DNA of 64,000 bases from Callorhinchus milii (GCF_018977255.1 NW_024704746.1:68076001-68140000), one strand, 5' to 3'. Positions 1 through 11,944 are shown, counted from the first letter of the stretch. Numbers and translations are program-made. Notes: generated by a model not told the origin, from the sequence alone.

Positions 1-199
1 CCTGGCTACCCATTTAAATAAATAGGGAGGTAGAAAGGGCTTTAAACTACTANGGGGGGAGGTAAAAACATAGTAAAGTATAGTCCACCACAGTTAAACT
101 TGAGATCAACAAAAGCAAGAGAGCAGATTAACAAGGGAGAAGAGCAAAGTGTGTCACCGGAAAAGGAAGTACAGTGATAGAGTGCTGGTGAATAGGGTT

Positions 200-3100
200 A
201 ATAGCCGGAAGTCAGAATTAAGGGCACTATATCTGAATGCACGAAGCATTCGTAACAAGATAGATAATGAAGGATGGGATACAAACAGTAGAGAGGAAGG
301 ATTTTAAATCTGAAAAGCAAGATGTAGAGTCAGTGTGGGTAGAGATACGTAACTTCAAGGGGCAGAAAACTGTTGTGGGAGTAGTTTATAGACCCCCAAA
401 CAGTGGTCAAAGTATCGCTCAAGGTATAAATCAAGAGATTAGTGGAGCATGTAGCAAAGGAAAGACACTAATTGTGGGTGATTTTAGCCTGCACATAGAC
501 TGGGACAACCAAATTGGGAAAGGTAACAGAAGAGGAGTTTATAGAATGTATTAGAGATAATTTTCTAGATCAATATGCTGAGGAGCCGACCAGGGAACAA
601 GCCATATTAGACCTTGTTTTGTGTAATGAAACAGGGCTGATCAGCAAACTGGAACTGAAGGCTCCTCTCGGGCAAAGCGATCATAATATGATGGAATTTA
701 GCGTTAAGTTAGAGAGGGAAGTAGTTAAATCTGAAGCAAAAGTCTTCAATTTAAATCGAGCCAAATTTGCTGTTATGAGAGAGGATTTAGCCAAAATAAA
801 CTGAGAGACTAAACTTAAAGATTTGACGGTAGACCAGCAATGGCAGACATTCAAGGAGATAGTGCAAAATTCCTAACGAGCACATATTCCTTTGAGGAAT
901 AAGAATGCCACGGGAAAGGTGGTGCAGCCGTGGCTAATGAGAGCAGTTAGGGACAGTATCAAAGCAAAAGAAAAAGCCTATAAAACAGCGAAGATGAGTA
1001 GTAAACCCGAGGATTGGGAGAACTTTAGGGAACAACAGAGGAGGACCAAAAAATTGATCAAGAGGCAGAAAATAGATTATGAGGGCAAACTAGCAAAGAA
1101 CATAAAAACAGACTCCAAGAGTTTTTACAAATATATAAAGAGGAAAAGGCGAGCGAGGGTGAATGTGGGTCCATTACAGGCAGAGACCGGAGGAATTATA
1201 ATAGGGGACAAAGACATGGCAGAGTCATTAAACAAGTATTTTTCTACAGTCTTCACCGTAGAAGACACTGGAAACATACCAAATATAGAGGACCAAGAAG
1301 ACAATGTTCGCGAACAACTTAGGGAGATTAACATTAGTAAAGAGATGGTTCTCGGCAAATTCGTGGAGTCCTGTAGCTCAGTGGTTAGAGCACTCGCTTT
1401 GCAAGTGAGAGACCTGAGTTCAATTCCAGGCAGGGCGAAACCTTGGGCAAGTTTCCTTACTCCACACGCCTAATAATAATCCCTCCAAAACCCCAAAACA
1501 ATAATAAATTGGTCATTTTCAATCTACGACTGTTTGTGGGACATTGCTGTGCGCAATTGGCTGCCGCGTTCGCCCACAAATATACAGTCAATTCACTTTA
1601 CAGTGTGTTCTGTGAAGCGCTTTGGGACGTCCTCCCGACGTGAAAAGCGCTATATCAAATGCAAGGATTATTATTATTATTATTAAATTGTCGGGTCTTA
1701 AAACCGATAAATCCCCGGATGGCCTGCATCCGAGAGCTTTAAAGGAGGTGACTACTGAGATAGTGGATGGCATGTCTATAATCTTCCAAAAGTCTGTGGA
1801 TACTGGAAAAGTTCCCATTGATTGGAAGATTGCAAACGTAACTCCACTATTTAAGAGTGGGAGAGAAAATAGGGAAAACTATAGACCAGTTAGTTTGACT
1901 TCAGTTGTAGGGAAAATTCTTGAGTCCTTAATAAAAGACGTAGTTATGGGATACCTGGAAGACCATAAAAAGATTAGGCGGTCAACACGGCTTTACAGAG
2001 GGAAGTCATGTTTGACTAACCTTTTAGAATTTTTTGAGGATGTATCCAGGAGGTTGGATAAGGGGGAACCAGTAGATGTGGTATTTTAGGAAGGCATTTG
2101 TGCCACACAAAAGGCTGTTACTCAAGATCAAGGCCCACGGGATTAATGGGACAATATTAACATGGATAGAAGAGTGGCTATCGGGTAGAAAGCAGAGAGT
2201 AGTGATAAACGGATCATTCTCGAATTGGCAGGAGATGTAACTAGTGTAGTGCCACAAGGATCAGTGCCTCGGCCTCAGCTATTTACCATTGACATCAATG
2301 ATCTGGACGAGGACATTGAATGTAATGTGTCTAAATTCGCGGATGATACTAAACTCGGCAGCAGAGTGAGCTCTCAGGATGATGCAAAAAGATTGCAACA
2401 AGATATAGATAGGCGCGGGGAGTGGGCAAGTAGGTGGCAGATGGAATTCAATGTTAGCAAGTGTGAAATTGTTCACCTCAGCAGCAAGAATGAAAGAACA
2501 GATTATTTTCTGGAAGGGGAGAAGTTAGATAGAGTTAGTATTCAAAGGGATTTGGGTGTCCTTGTACACCAGTCCCAAAAAGTTAGTTTGCAGTGCAGCA
2601 GCAACTAAGAAGGCGAACGGCAGTTAGCGTTCATTTTGAAAGGTTTAGAATATAAGAGTAGGGAAGTTTTGTTGCAACTGTATAGGGCTTTGGTGAGACC
2701 GCACCGAGAGTATTGTGTGCAGTGTTGGTTTCCTTATTTAAAAAAGGACATACTGCCCTCGAGGGGGTGCAGCGTAGATTCACTCCGTTAGTTCCTGGGA
2801 TGAGGGGACTGACCTATGAGGATAGGGCTGTATTCTCTATAGAGTACAGAAGAATTAGGGGAGAACTTATTGAAACATATAAGATTCTTAAAGGGCTGAT
2901 ATAGTAGACACTGAGGGTCTGTTTCCCCGGTGGGAGAATCTGTAACCGGGGCTCACAGCCTTTTAGAACAGAGTTGAGGAAACATTTCTTCACTCAGAGG
3001 GCAGTGAACTTATGGAATGCACTGCCCCAGAAGGGCTGTAGATGTCAGTCAGTCCTCGAACATCTTCAAGGCTGAGACTGAGAGATTCTTGAACAATAGA

Positions 3101-3245
3101 GGGATTAGGGGATATGGGGACAGAGCGGGTAATCAGAGTGAGGGGAGAAGATCAGCCGCGATCTTATTGAATGGCGGAGCACAGGCTCGAGGGGCTGATG
3201 GCCGACTCCTGTTCCTAATGCTTATGCTTTTATGTTCTTATGAAA
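200..3245 (+). mobile_element. Decayed CR1-clade LINE ORF2 (APE endonuclease + reverse transcriptase) with 3' tail, interrupted by a SINE
   Basis: LRALYLNARSIRNK, VGVVYRPPN, IVGDF, LDLVL (endonuclease); YRPVSLTSVVGK, SCLTNLLEFF, VPQGSV, KFADDTKL (RT); stops and frameshifts; (TTATG)-type tail at ~3220-3243. Confidence 0.92.
1365..1684 (+). mobile_element. Full-length young tRNA(Ala)-like SINE inserted in the CR1 RT linker
   Basis: Head GGAGTCCTGTAGCTCAGTGGTTAGAGCACTCGCTTTGCAAG..GAGTTCAATTCC (A/B boxes, TGC anticodon), L2-like tail, (ATT)n; removing it restores CR1 VLGK|LSGLKTDKSP; AAATT flanks both ends. Confidence 0.9.
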
Positions 3246-3252
3246 GTCATTT

Positions 3253-3500
3253 ATAATAATAATAATAATAATAATAATCCTCGCATTTGATATAGCGCTT
3301 TTCACGTCGGGAGGACGTCCCAAAGCGCTTCACAGAACACACTGTAAAGTGAATTGACTGTATATTTGTGGGCGAACGCGGCAGCCAATTGCGCACAGCA
3401 ATGTCCCACAAACAGTCGTGGATTGAGTGACCAATTTCTTATTGTTTGTGGTGTTTGAGGGTTATTATTAGGCTCTGTGTGGGTGGGGGCACTGCCCGAG
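3253..3500 (-). mobile_element. 5'-truncated SINE (3' half and tail); copies at 6691-6937, 34012-34245, 37508-37750
   Basis: (ATA)n followed by the reverse complement of the SINE tail and core. Confidence 0.85.
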
Positions 3501-3509
3501 GTGTCCCTC

Positions 3510-3720
3510 TGACTCCAATTGAGCTTTTTCGGGGAAAACAAAACTAAAACAAAACAAGTGTCGGAGCTGTCAATCACCAGCGGCCCCGCCCCCGTGTCCC
3601 TGCCATTGGCCAACGGGAGCTGCCGCGGCTTCCTATTGGCCGCCAACCCGTCAATCAACGCTCCGCTCCGCCCCCCCACCACAGCCTTGTTTCCCGACTG
3701 CGAACATTGGGGAACTGATC
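3510..3720 (+). promoter_or_regulatory. Candidate CpG-rich promoter (GC box, three CCAAT boxes); copies ~6947-7155, 34255-34465, 37765-37985
   Basis: CCAAT 3515-3519, GCCCCGCCCC 3583-3592, ATTGG 3605-3609 and 3635-3639 (30 bp apart); locally CpG-rich. Confidence 0.45.
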
Positions 3721-3756
3721 AGAGGTTCGCGGACCCCAAACCCTCAGCGACTGTCC

Positions 3757-4592
3757 TCCCTGTGTCCCCCCCCCCACCCCCCCCACCCCCCCTGTGCCTG
3801 AGCCCCGGGACCCCCCCCCCTGTGTCCCCCCCCACCCCCCCTGTGCCTGAGCCCCGGGACCCCCCCCTCCCTGTGTCCCCCCCCACCCCCCCCCCCCCTG
3901 TGCCTGAGCCCCGGGACCCCCCCCCTCCTGTGTCCCCCCCCACCCCCCCACCCCCTGTGCCTGAGCCCCGGGACCCCCCACCCCCCCTGTGTCCCCCCCC
4001 CACCCCCTGTGCCTGAGCCCCGGGACCCCCCCTCCCTGTGTCCCCCCCCCACCCCCCCCCCCCCCACCCCCCCTGTGCCTGAGCCCCGGGACCTCCCCCC
4101 TGTGTCCCCCACCACCCCCCCTGTGCCTGAGCCCCTGGACCCCCCCCCTCCCTGTGTCCCCCCCCCCACCCCCCCCTGTGCCTGAGCCCCGGCACCCCCC
4201 CCTGTGTCCACCCCCCACCCCCCCTGTGCCTGAGCCCCTGGACCCCCCCCTCCCTGTGTCCCCCCCCCCAGCCCCCCCTGTGCCTGAGCCCCGGGACCCC
4301 CCACCCTGTGTCCCCCCTCCACCCCCCCTGTGCCTGAGCCCCGGGACCCCCCCTGTGCCTGAGCCCCGGGACCCCTGTGTCCCCCCCCCCACCCCCCCCT
4401 GTGCCTGAGCCCCGGGACCCCCCCCTGTGTCCCCCCCCCCCACCCCCCCTGTGCCTGAGCCCCGGGACCCCCCCCCTGTGTCCCCCCCCACCACCCCCCT
4501 GTGTCCCCCCTGTGCCTGAGCCCCGGGACCCCCCCCCTGTGTCCCCCCCACCACCCCCTGTGTCCCCCCTGTGCCTGAGCCCCGGGACCCCC
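3757..4592 (+). repeat. C-rich minisatellite (~45-50 bp unit, core CTGTGCCTGAGCCCCGGGA + C runs + CTGTGT); copies 7190-7655, 34497-35400, 38005-38568
   Basis: Directly visible tandem units with variable poly-C lengths. Confidence 0.95.
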
Positions 4593-4659
4593 TCTCTCCC
4601 TCTCTCTGAGCTTCTGGTGAGTACCTTATTGTAGTCGCTGGGAATCGGCAATAATGCGC

Positions 4660-5224
4660 TGTGTGTGTGGGTGCGGGTGCGGGTGGGGGGTGTGGGGGTA
4701 CGGGGGCGGGTACGGGGGGGTGGGGTGTGTGGGGGTGCGGGTGTGGGGGTGCGGTGGGGGTGGGGGGTACGGGGGGGGTGGGGGGGGTGCGGGTGGTGGG
4801 GGGTGCGGGGTGGGGTGTGGGGGTGCGGGTGGGGGGGGTATGTGAGGGTGCGGATGGGGGGTGGGGGGGTGTGTGGGGGTGGGGGTGTGTGTGGGGGTGC
4901 GGGTGGGGGTGGGGGTGTGTGTGGGGGTGCGGGTGGGGTGGGGGGTGTGTGGGGGTGCGGGTGGGGGTGGGGGGTGTGTGGGGGTAGGGGTGGGGGGTCT
5001 GTGGGGGTGGGGTGTGTGTGGGGGGTGCGGGTGGTGGGGGGTGTGTGGGGGTACGGGTGGGGGTGGGGGGGTGTGTGGGGGTGCGGGTGGTGGGGGTGTG
5101 GGGGTACGGGTGGGGGTGGGGGTGTGTGTGGGGGTGCGGGTGGTGGGGGTGTATGTGGGGGTACGGGTGGGGGTGTGTGTGCGGGTGGTGGTGGGGGTGT
5201 GTGTGGGGGTGCGGGTGGGGGGGG
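4660..5224 (+). repeat. G-rich tandem array (GGGTGCGGGTGGGGGTGTGTG-like); copies 7723-8544, 35468-36012, 38637-39159
   Basis: Dense G3+ runs separated by T/GC/AC; G-quadruplex potential. Confidence 0.95.
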
Positions 5225-5265
5225 TCTCAAGGCTGCGTTCTCATCCACAGATGGTGGTGGGAGTC

Positions 5266-5354
5266 AGAAGTGTAAAGTGACTGTGTTTTCGCTTTGTGGA
5301 TGTGGCCCAACGGCCAATTTAAACTAAAGCGAAACTGAAAGTCCTTTCAGGGAA
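5266..5354 (+). promoter_or_regulatory. Interferon-response cluster: IRF-E/ISRE (AAAGCGAAACTGAAAGT 5326-5342) next to GAS (TTCAGGGAA 5346-5354); core copies 8644-8672, 36114-36142, 39261-39290
   Basis: Matches to GAAANNGAAA and TTCN3GAA; extra inverted IRF-like site GTTTTCGCTTTG 5285-5296 and a CCAAT. Confidence 0.55.
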
Positions 5355-5559
5355 AATAAACACTAATGGGAGTTGGAGAACAACACCCAAAGCAGAGCCT
5401 GACCCGGAGGGTCTGCTCCGGCCACGGACACGTGTGCTGCTGAACGGGAGCAGTTGAACCATTTGTAGGTGTCACACGTGTAGAGACAGTGGAGAACCGC
5501 ACGAGAGGCCTCGAGGGAGATATGGCTGTGAAAACGGCTTTTAGTGAGAATATCATCAA

Positions 5560-5899
5560 ACAGACGCTTTAGACGTTGACGAGAGCCAAAGGGTACGGCT
5601 TCCGTCGTGTCAACGTTCAGCTGAAGGAAATTTACGCTCATCCAGTCCCTGAGGTCTGACAGGCGGAACATCAGGGGACTGGGGGGGGCGCAAAGTGAGG
5701 TGGAAAAATAGAGTTGGGTGTCGTCCACATACATGTGGAAGTGTACCCAATGTCTGCGGATGACATCCCTAAGAGGGAGCATGTAGATTAGGAAGGGGCG
5801 GGGGCCCAGGATGGATCCTTGGGGTACCCACAGGTGACCGGGTGAGAGCGGGAGGAGAAGCCGTTTGTGCAGATGTACTGCTGGTGGTTTCTGAGATAG
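5560..5899 (-). mobile_element. L2-clade LINE RT fragment; uninterrupted copy at ~8880-9290
   Basis: VPQGSILGP...[11 protein letters not shown]...[10 protein letters not shown]; [10 protein letters not shown] in the 9106-9351 ORF. Confidence 0.88.
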
Positions 5900-6486
5900 T
5901 AATAGTAATCCTTGCATTTGATATAGCGCTTTTCACGTCGGGAGGACGTCCCAAAGCGCTTCACAGAACACACTGTAAAGTGAAGTGACTGTATATTTGT
6001 GGGCGAACGCGGCGGCCAATTGCGCACAGCAATGTCCCACAAACAGTCGTAGACTGAAAATGACCAATTTATTATTGTATTGTTTTTTTGGAGGGATTAT
6101 TATTAGGCTCATTGTGGAGTAAGGAAACTTGCCCGAGGTTTGGCCCTGACTGACCCCCCGGGGATTGAACTCACGTCTCTCACTCACAAAGCGAGTGCTC
6201 TAACCCCTGAGCTACAGGACTCCCCCTGAGCGACAGCACTGATTGCAGTGCCACAAGTGACACCAATACAACACGGTGTCACAGCTTCAAATAGGTGGTT
6301 CCTATTTGTGACCGAGACTTCACAGAGAAACACAAGTATGAGATAATAATAATAATAATAATCCTCGCATTTGATAAAGCGCTGTTCACGTCGGGAGGAC
6401 GTCCCAAAGCGCTTCACAGGACACACTGTAAAGTGAATTGACTGTATATTTGTGGGTGAACGCGGCAGCCAATTGCGCACAGCATC
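5900..6486 (-). mobile_element. Composite insertion: partial SINE + ~115 bp unique DNA + full SINE; B copy ~36685-37312
   Basis: Flanked by a GAGATAG direct repeat (5893-5899 / 6487-6493); empty site seen at ~9209-9220. Confidence 0.75.
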
Positions 6487-9290
6487 GAGATAGGACTCGA
6501 ACCAGCGAGTGCGGCCCCACTGAGGTGGATGACGGAGGAAAGGCGGTGGAGGAGGATTGCGTCATAACATAACATAACATGTAGGAGCAGGAGGAGGCCA
6601 TTCGGCCCTTCGAGTCTGCCCCGCCATTCAATCATGGCTGATCTTCTAATCTAACTCCAGCTAATGACCTGACGCTGCCTTATCCCCATATAATAATAAT
6701 AATAATAATAATAATCCTTGCATTTGATATAGCGCTTTTCACGTCGGGAGGACGTCCCAAAGCGCTTCACAGGACACACTGTAAAGTGAATTGACTGTAT
6801 ATTTGTGGGCGAACGCGGCAGCCAATGGCGCACAGCAATGTCCCACAAACAGTCGTGGATTGAGTGACCAATTTCTTATTGTTTGTGGTGTTTGAGGGTT
6901 ATTATTAGGCTCTGTGTGGGTGGGGGCACTGCCCGAGGTGTCCCTCTGACTCCAATTGAGCTTTTTCGGGGAAAACAAAACTAAAACAAAAGTGTCGGAG
7001 CTGTCAATCACCAGCGGCCCCGCCCCCGTGTCCCTGCCATTGGCCAACGGGAGCTGCCGCGGCTTCCTATTGGACGCCAACCCGTCAATCACCGCTCCGC
7101 TCCGCCCCCCCACCACAGCCTTGTTTCCCGACTGCGAACATTGGGGAACTGATCAGAGGTTCGCGGACCCCAAACCCTCAGCGACTGTCCTCCCTGTGTC
7201 CCCCCCCCCACCCCCCCTGTGCCTGAGCCCCGGGACCCCCCCCTCCCTGTGTCCCCCCCCACCCCCCCTGTGCCTGAGCCCCGGGACCCCCCCCTGTGTC
7301 CCCCCCACCCCCCCTGTGCCTGAGTCCCGGGACCCCCCCCTCCCTGTGTCCCCCCCCACCCCCCCTGTGCCTGAGCCCCGGGACCCCCCCTCCCTGTGTC
7401 CCCCCCCCACCCCCCCTGTGCCTGAGCCCCGGGACCCCCCCCCCCTGTGCCCCCCCCCCACCCCCCCTGTGCCTGAGCCCCGGGACCCCCCTGTGTCCCC
7501 CCCCACCCCCCCTGTGCCTGAGCCCCGGGACCCCCCCCCCCTGTGTCCCCACCCACCCCCCCTGTGCCTGAGCCCCGGGACCCCTGTGTCCCCCCCCACC
7601 CCCCCTGTGCCTGTGTCCCCCCCCCCCCCCCCCTGTGCCTGAGCCCCGGGACCCCCTCTCTCCCTCTCTCTGAGCTTCTGGTGAGTACCTTATTGTAGTC
7701 GCTGGGAATCGGCAATAATGCGCTGTGTGTGTGGGTGTGGGTGCGGGTGGGGGGTGTGGGGTACGGAGGCGGGTACGGGGGGGGTGTGTGGGGGCGGGGG
7801 TGCGGTGGGGGTGTGGGGGTACGGGGGCGGGTACGGGGGTGGGGTGTGTGGGGGTGCGGGGGTGCGGGTGTGGGGGTGCGGTGGGGGTACGGGGGTGTGG
7901 GGGTGCGGGTGGTGGGGGGTGCGGGTGGGGGGGGGTGTGGGGGTGCGGGTGGTGGGGTGTGCGGGGTGGGGGGTGTGGGGGTGCGGGTGGGGAGGTATGT
8001 GAGGGTGCGGATGGGGTGGGGGGTGTGTGGGTGGGGTGTGTGTGGGTGGGGGGGGGTGTGGGGGTGCGGGGGGGGGGTATGTAAGGGTGCGGATGGGGGG
8101 TGGGGGGGTGTGTGGGGGTGCGGGGTGGTGGGGGGGTGTGTTGGGGGTGGGGGTGGGGGGTGTGTGGGGGTAGGGGTGGGGGGGGGTGTGTGGAGGTTGG
8201 CGGTGGGGGAGTGGTGTGGGGGGTGCGGGTGGGGGGTGGGGGGTGTTTGTGGGGGGGATGCGGGTGGGGGTATGTGAGGGTGCGGATGGGGGTGGGGGGT
8301 GTGGGGGGGGGGCGGGTGGTGGGGGTGGGTGTGTGTGTCGGGGTACGGGTGGGGGTGTGTGTGGGGGTGCGGGTGGGGTGTGTGGGGGTACGCGTGGGGG
8401 TGGGGGGTGTGTGGGGGGGTGGGGTGGGGGGGTGTGTGGGGGTGCGGGTGGGGGTGTGTGTGGGGGTGCGGTAGGGTGTGTGGTGGGTGTGTGGGGGTAC
8501 GGGTGGGGGTGGGGGGGTGTGTGGGGGTGCGGGTGGGGGGGGTCTCAAGGCTGCGTTCTCATCCACAGATGGTGGTGGGAGTCAGAAGTGTAAAGTGACT
8601 GTGTTTTCGCTTTGTGGATGTGGCCCAACGGCCAATTTAAACTAAAGCGAAACTGAAAGTCCTTTCAGGGAAAATAAACACTAATGGGAGTTGGAGAACA
8701 ACACCCAAAGCAGAGCCTGACCCGGAGGGTCTGCTCCGGCCACGGACACGTGTGCTGCTGAACGGGAGCAGTTGAACCATTTGTAGGTGTCACACGTGTA
8801 GAGACAGTGGAGAACCGCACGAGAGGCCTCGAGGGAGATATGGCTGTGAAAACGGCTTTTAGTGAGAATATCATCAAACAGACGCTTTAGACGTTGACGA
8901 GAGCCAAAGGGTACGGCTTCCGTCGTGTCAACGTTCAGCTGAAGGAAATTTACGCTCATCCAGTCCCTGAGGTCTGACAGGCAGAACATCAGGGGACTGG
9001 GGGGGGCGCAAAGTGAGGTGGAAAAATAGAGTTGGGTGTCGTCCACATACATGTGGAAGTGTACCCAATGTCTGCGGATGACATCCCTAAGAGGGAGCAT
9101 GTAGATTAGGAAGGGGCGGGGGCCCAGGATGGATCCTTGGGGTACCCGCAGGTGACCGGGTGAGAGCGGGAGGAGAAGCCGTTTGTGCAGATGTACTGCT
9201 GGTGGTTTCTGAGATAGGACTCGAACCAGGCGAGTGCGGCCCCACTGAGGTGGATGACGGAGGAAAGGCGGTGGAGGAGGATTGCGTGAT

Positions 9291-9955
9291 AACATAACAT
9301 GTAGGAGCAGGAGTAGGCCATTCGGCCCTTCAAGTCTGCCCCGCCATTCAATCATGGCTGATCTTCTAATCTAACTCCAGCTAATGACCTGACGCTGCCT
9401 TCTCCCCATATCCCTTAATCCCTTTTGCAATAAGAAATCTATCTCAGTCTTGAATATGTTCGAGGACTGAGCGTCAACAGCCCTTTGGGGTAGTGAGTTC
9501 CATACATTCACTGCCCTTTGAGTGAAGAAGTTCTTCCTCAACTCAGTGCGAAAGGGCTGCCTCTGATTTTAAGGTGTGACCCCTGGTTTTAGTTTCTCCG
9601 ACCGGGGGAAACAATCTCCCACTGTCTACTCTATCATTGCCCTTTGATGATCTTGTAGGTTTCTATAAGATCCCCTCTAATTCTTCTATATTCCAGAGAA
9701 TATCGGCCCAAATTGGTCAGCCTATCCCCGTAACTCATCCCCTTCATCCCTGGTACTAACCCAGTAAATCTACGCTGCACCCCCTCCAAGGCAAGTACGT
9801 CCTTCCTTAAATAAGGAGACCACAACTGCACACAGTATTCCAGGTGTGGTCTCACCAGGGCCCTATACAGTTGCAGCAAGACTTCCCTACTCTTATACTC
9901 TTAACCCTTTCATAATGAATGCTAACATACCGTTCGCCTTCCTAATTGCTTGCTT
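9291..9955 (-). mobile_element. CR1 3' fragment inserted in L2; B copy ~39915-40580
   Basis: LYRALVRPHLEYCVQLWSPYL...LEGVQRRFT...RGDLIETYKI; ATGTT tail. Confidence 0.9.
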
Positions 9956-10669
9956 GCAGTGATCGACTGTGCCGAACGCGGCGGAGGTTCAGGACGAGGA
10001 GGCAGAGGGAGCCCTGGTCACAGATAGAGGGGATGTCGTTTGAGACTTTCACAAGCGCAGTCTCTGTCCTGTGAGAAGGTAGGAAACCTGACTGGAGGGG
10101 TTTGAAGAGGGAGCGGGAGGAGAGGTGCGCGCGGAGTTGATTGGCAACAACGCGTTCTAAGATTTTGGCGAGGAAGGGCAGTGGGTGTGTGTTTCACTGT
10201 CAATAAAGGTACTGATCCCTTGTTTGGTTGTAAAGTGAAACAAGAGGAACTCAAGGGTGTGTCTTAATATTATTAAAAAAAATACACATACTGCAGTATA
10301 TAATATAAATATCTGCATGTGAGTGTGCTCGATAGCCGAGCTGAGCATCCACTGTACAGAAGAGCTGGATGTATACAGGAACTAAAGTCACTAAAATTGA
10401 TAGTGCCTCGTTATCTTAATTTAGCTGACATTTTAATGTGTTACTAACTATGAAACCAAGAATTTAATCTAATCTGAGAATACTTTTTAGAGTTAAGGTG
10501 GTTGGCAGTCTAAAGCAGAGCGGGTTGAGGGGAGCAGGGAATATTATGTTGTCAGATGTGCCTTCCTTTCTGTGAGAAGTTACACCAAAATTGTTCAGGT
10601 GAATCTTAAAATATCTTAACAGTTTTGCATCTGCCGACACAGCCTCCTCTGCTGTCTGTTCTGCCAGTC

Positions 10670-11555
10670 TATTAGTTCACGATAATTCCTTTAATTCACT
10701 TTTCATGTCTTCTCTCCATACTCACAATAGCTATTACAATATAAAATCAATCAAAAACCCATGGATTTTAACTCATCCACTGGGGTGTTGAATTGGAGAG
10801 CGATCGAACCCTAGTTGCATAAAAGTTTTAAAAAAATTGTTTTCTGTGCTTCAGTACCACCAGACATTCAGTCACAAACACACTGAAAGAAACATCCGTG
10901 GCTTGGTATGTCGATATACTTGCTTATGATTTTCATTCCATTCCATTTCCATTACATTTCATTCAAATTAGTTCACCGCAATTCCTTTAATTCACTGTTC
11001 ATGTCTTCTCTCCATACTCACAAAACAACAACATTTGTATACTCTGACTTTCCAAGTACAGCATCAATCACAGACCCATGGATTTGAATCCATCCACTTG
11101 GGTGGTGAATTGGGCGACCAAATCCTAGTTGCATAAATAATAATAATAATAATAATCCTTGCATTTGATATAGCGCTTTTCACGTCGGGAGGACGTCCCA
11201 AAGCGCTTCACAGAACACATTGTAAAGTGAATTGACTGTATATTTGTGGGCGAACGCGGCAGCCAATTGCGCACAGCAATGTCCCACAAACAGTCGTAGA
11301 TTGAAAATGACCAATTTATTATTGTTTTTGGTTTTGGAGGGATTATTATTAGGCTCTGTGTGGAGTAAGGAAACTTGCCCAAGGTTTGGCCCTCTGCCTG
11401 GAATTGAACTCAGGTCTCTCACTTGCAAAGCGAGTACTCTAACCACTGAGCTACAGGACTCCACAAGATTGTTTTCTGTGTTTCATTATCACCAGATTCA
11501 CACAAGCACCACATTGAAACTGAAAGAAACGTTTGCATGGCTTGCATGTCAATAT
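10670..11555 (+). repeat. Old ~300 bp tandem duplication (10670-10920 / 10965-11555); second unit split by a full SINE (11133-11462, minus strand)
   Basis: Shared blocks ATTAGTTCAC..AATTCCTTTAATTCAC, CCCATGGATTT, CCTAGTTGCATAAA, CTGAAAGAAAC. Confidence 0.8.
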
Positions 11556-11944
11556 ACTAACGGCTTGTTTCATCCCTGTATTCTCTCTCCTAATGATCTA
11601 GATGTCACTTCATGACCTCCAAATAGGCCAAAGGTGCTTGTTTGATGTGGGTCCAAAACATTTCCATTTTCATGACCAAGGCCAATCAAGAGTTCAAGAC
11701 CAGATCAAGATTTCTATCCCCATCATCCTATTCTGGTAACGACTTTCTGTTTCAGATTCTTCAGCTCCTCCTGCGAGAATGTTTCAGAACTCGTGGGTGG
11801 TTCCGCACTCACTGACACTGTGCATCATGTTCCTAATTCTCTTTGATGAAAATCTCTTTGTTTCTCGCATCAGATTTAGCCACTGTATCAAAGGGCACTC
11901 GGTAACCCCTTTTTATTCTCTTTATTGCAGATCTCCCAATAAAG

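Noticed and set aside
1365-1440. tRNA-Ala gene
   Set aside because: No complete acceptor stem; followed by SINE body and tail; many dispersed copies, so it is a SINE head.
267-2904. Active autonomous CR1
   Set aside because: Multiple stops, frameshifts, an apparent internal deletion and a SINE insertion.
4660-5224. Immunoglobulin switch-region-like element
   Set aside because: GGGGT is abundant but GAGCT/AGCT hotspot repeats are not, and no Ig constant exons are nearby.
3519-5327. Long Pro/Gly-rich ORFs (up to ~510 aa) on both strands over the C/G arrays; also 6956-8598, 33915-36115, 37699-39262
   Set aside because: Low-complexity repeats lack stop codons in most frames; no domain signal, and frames differ between copies.
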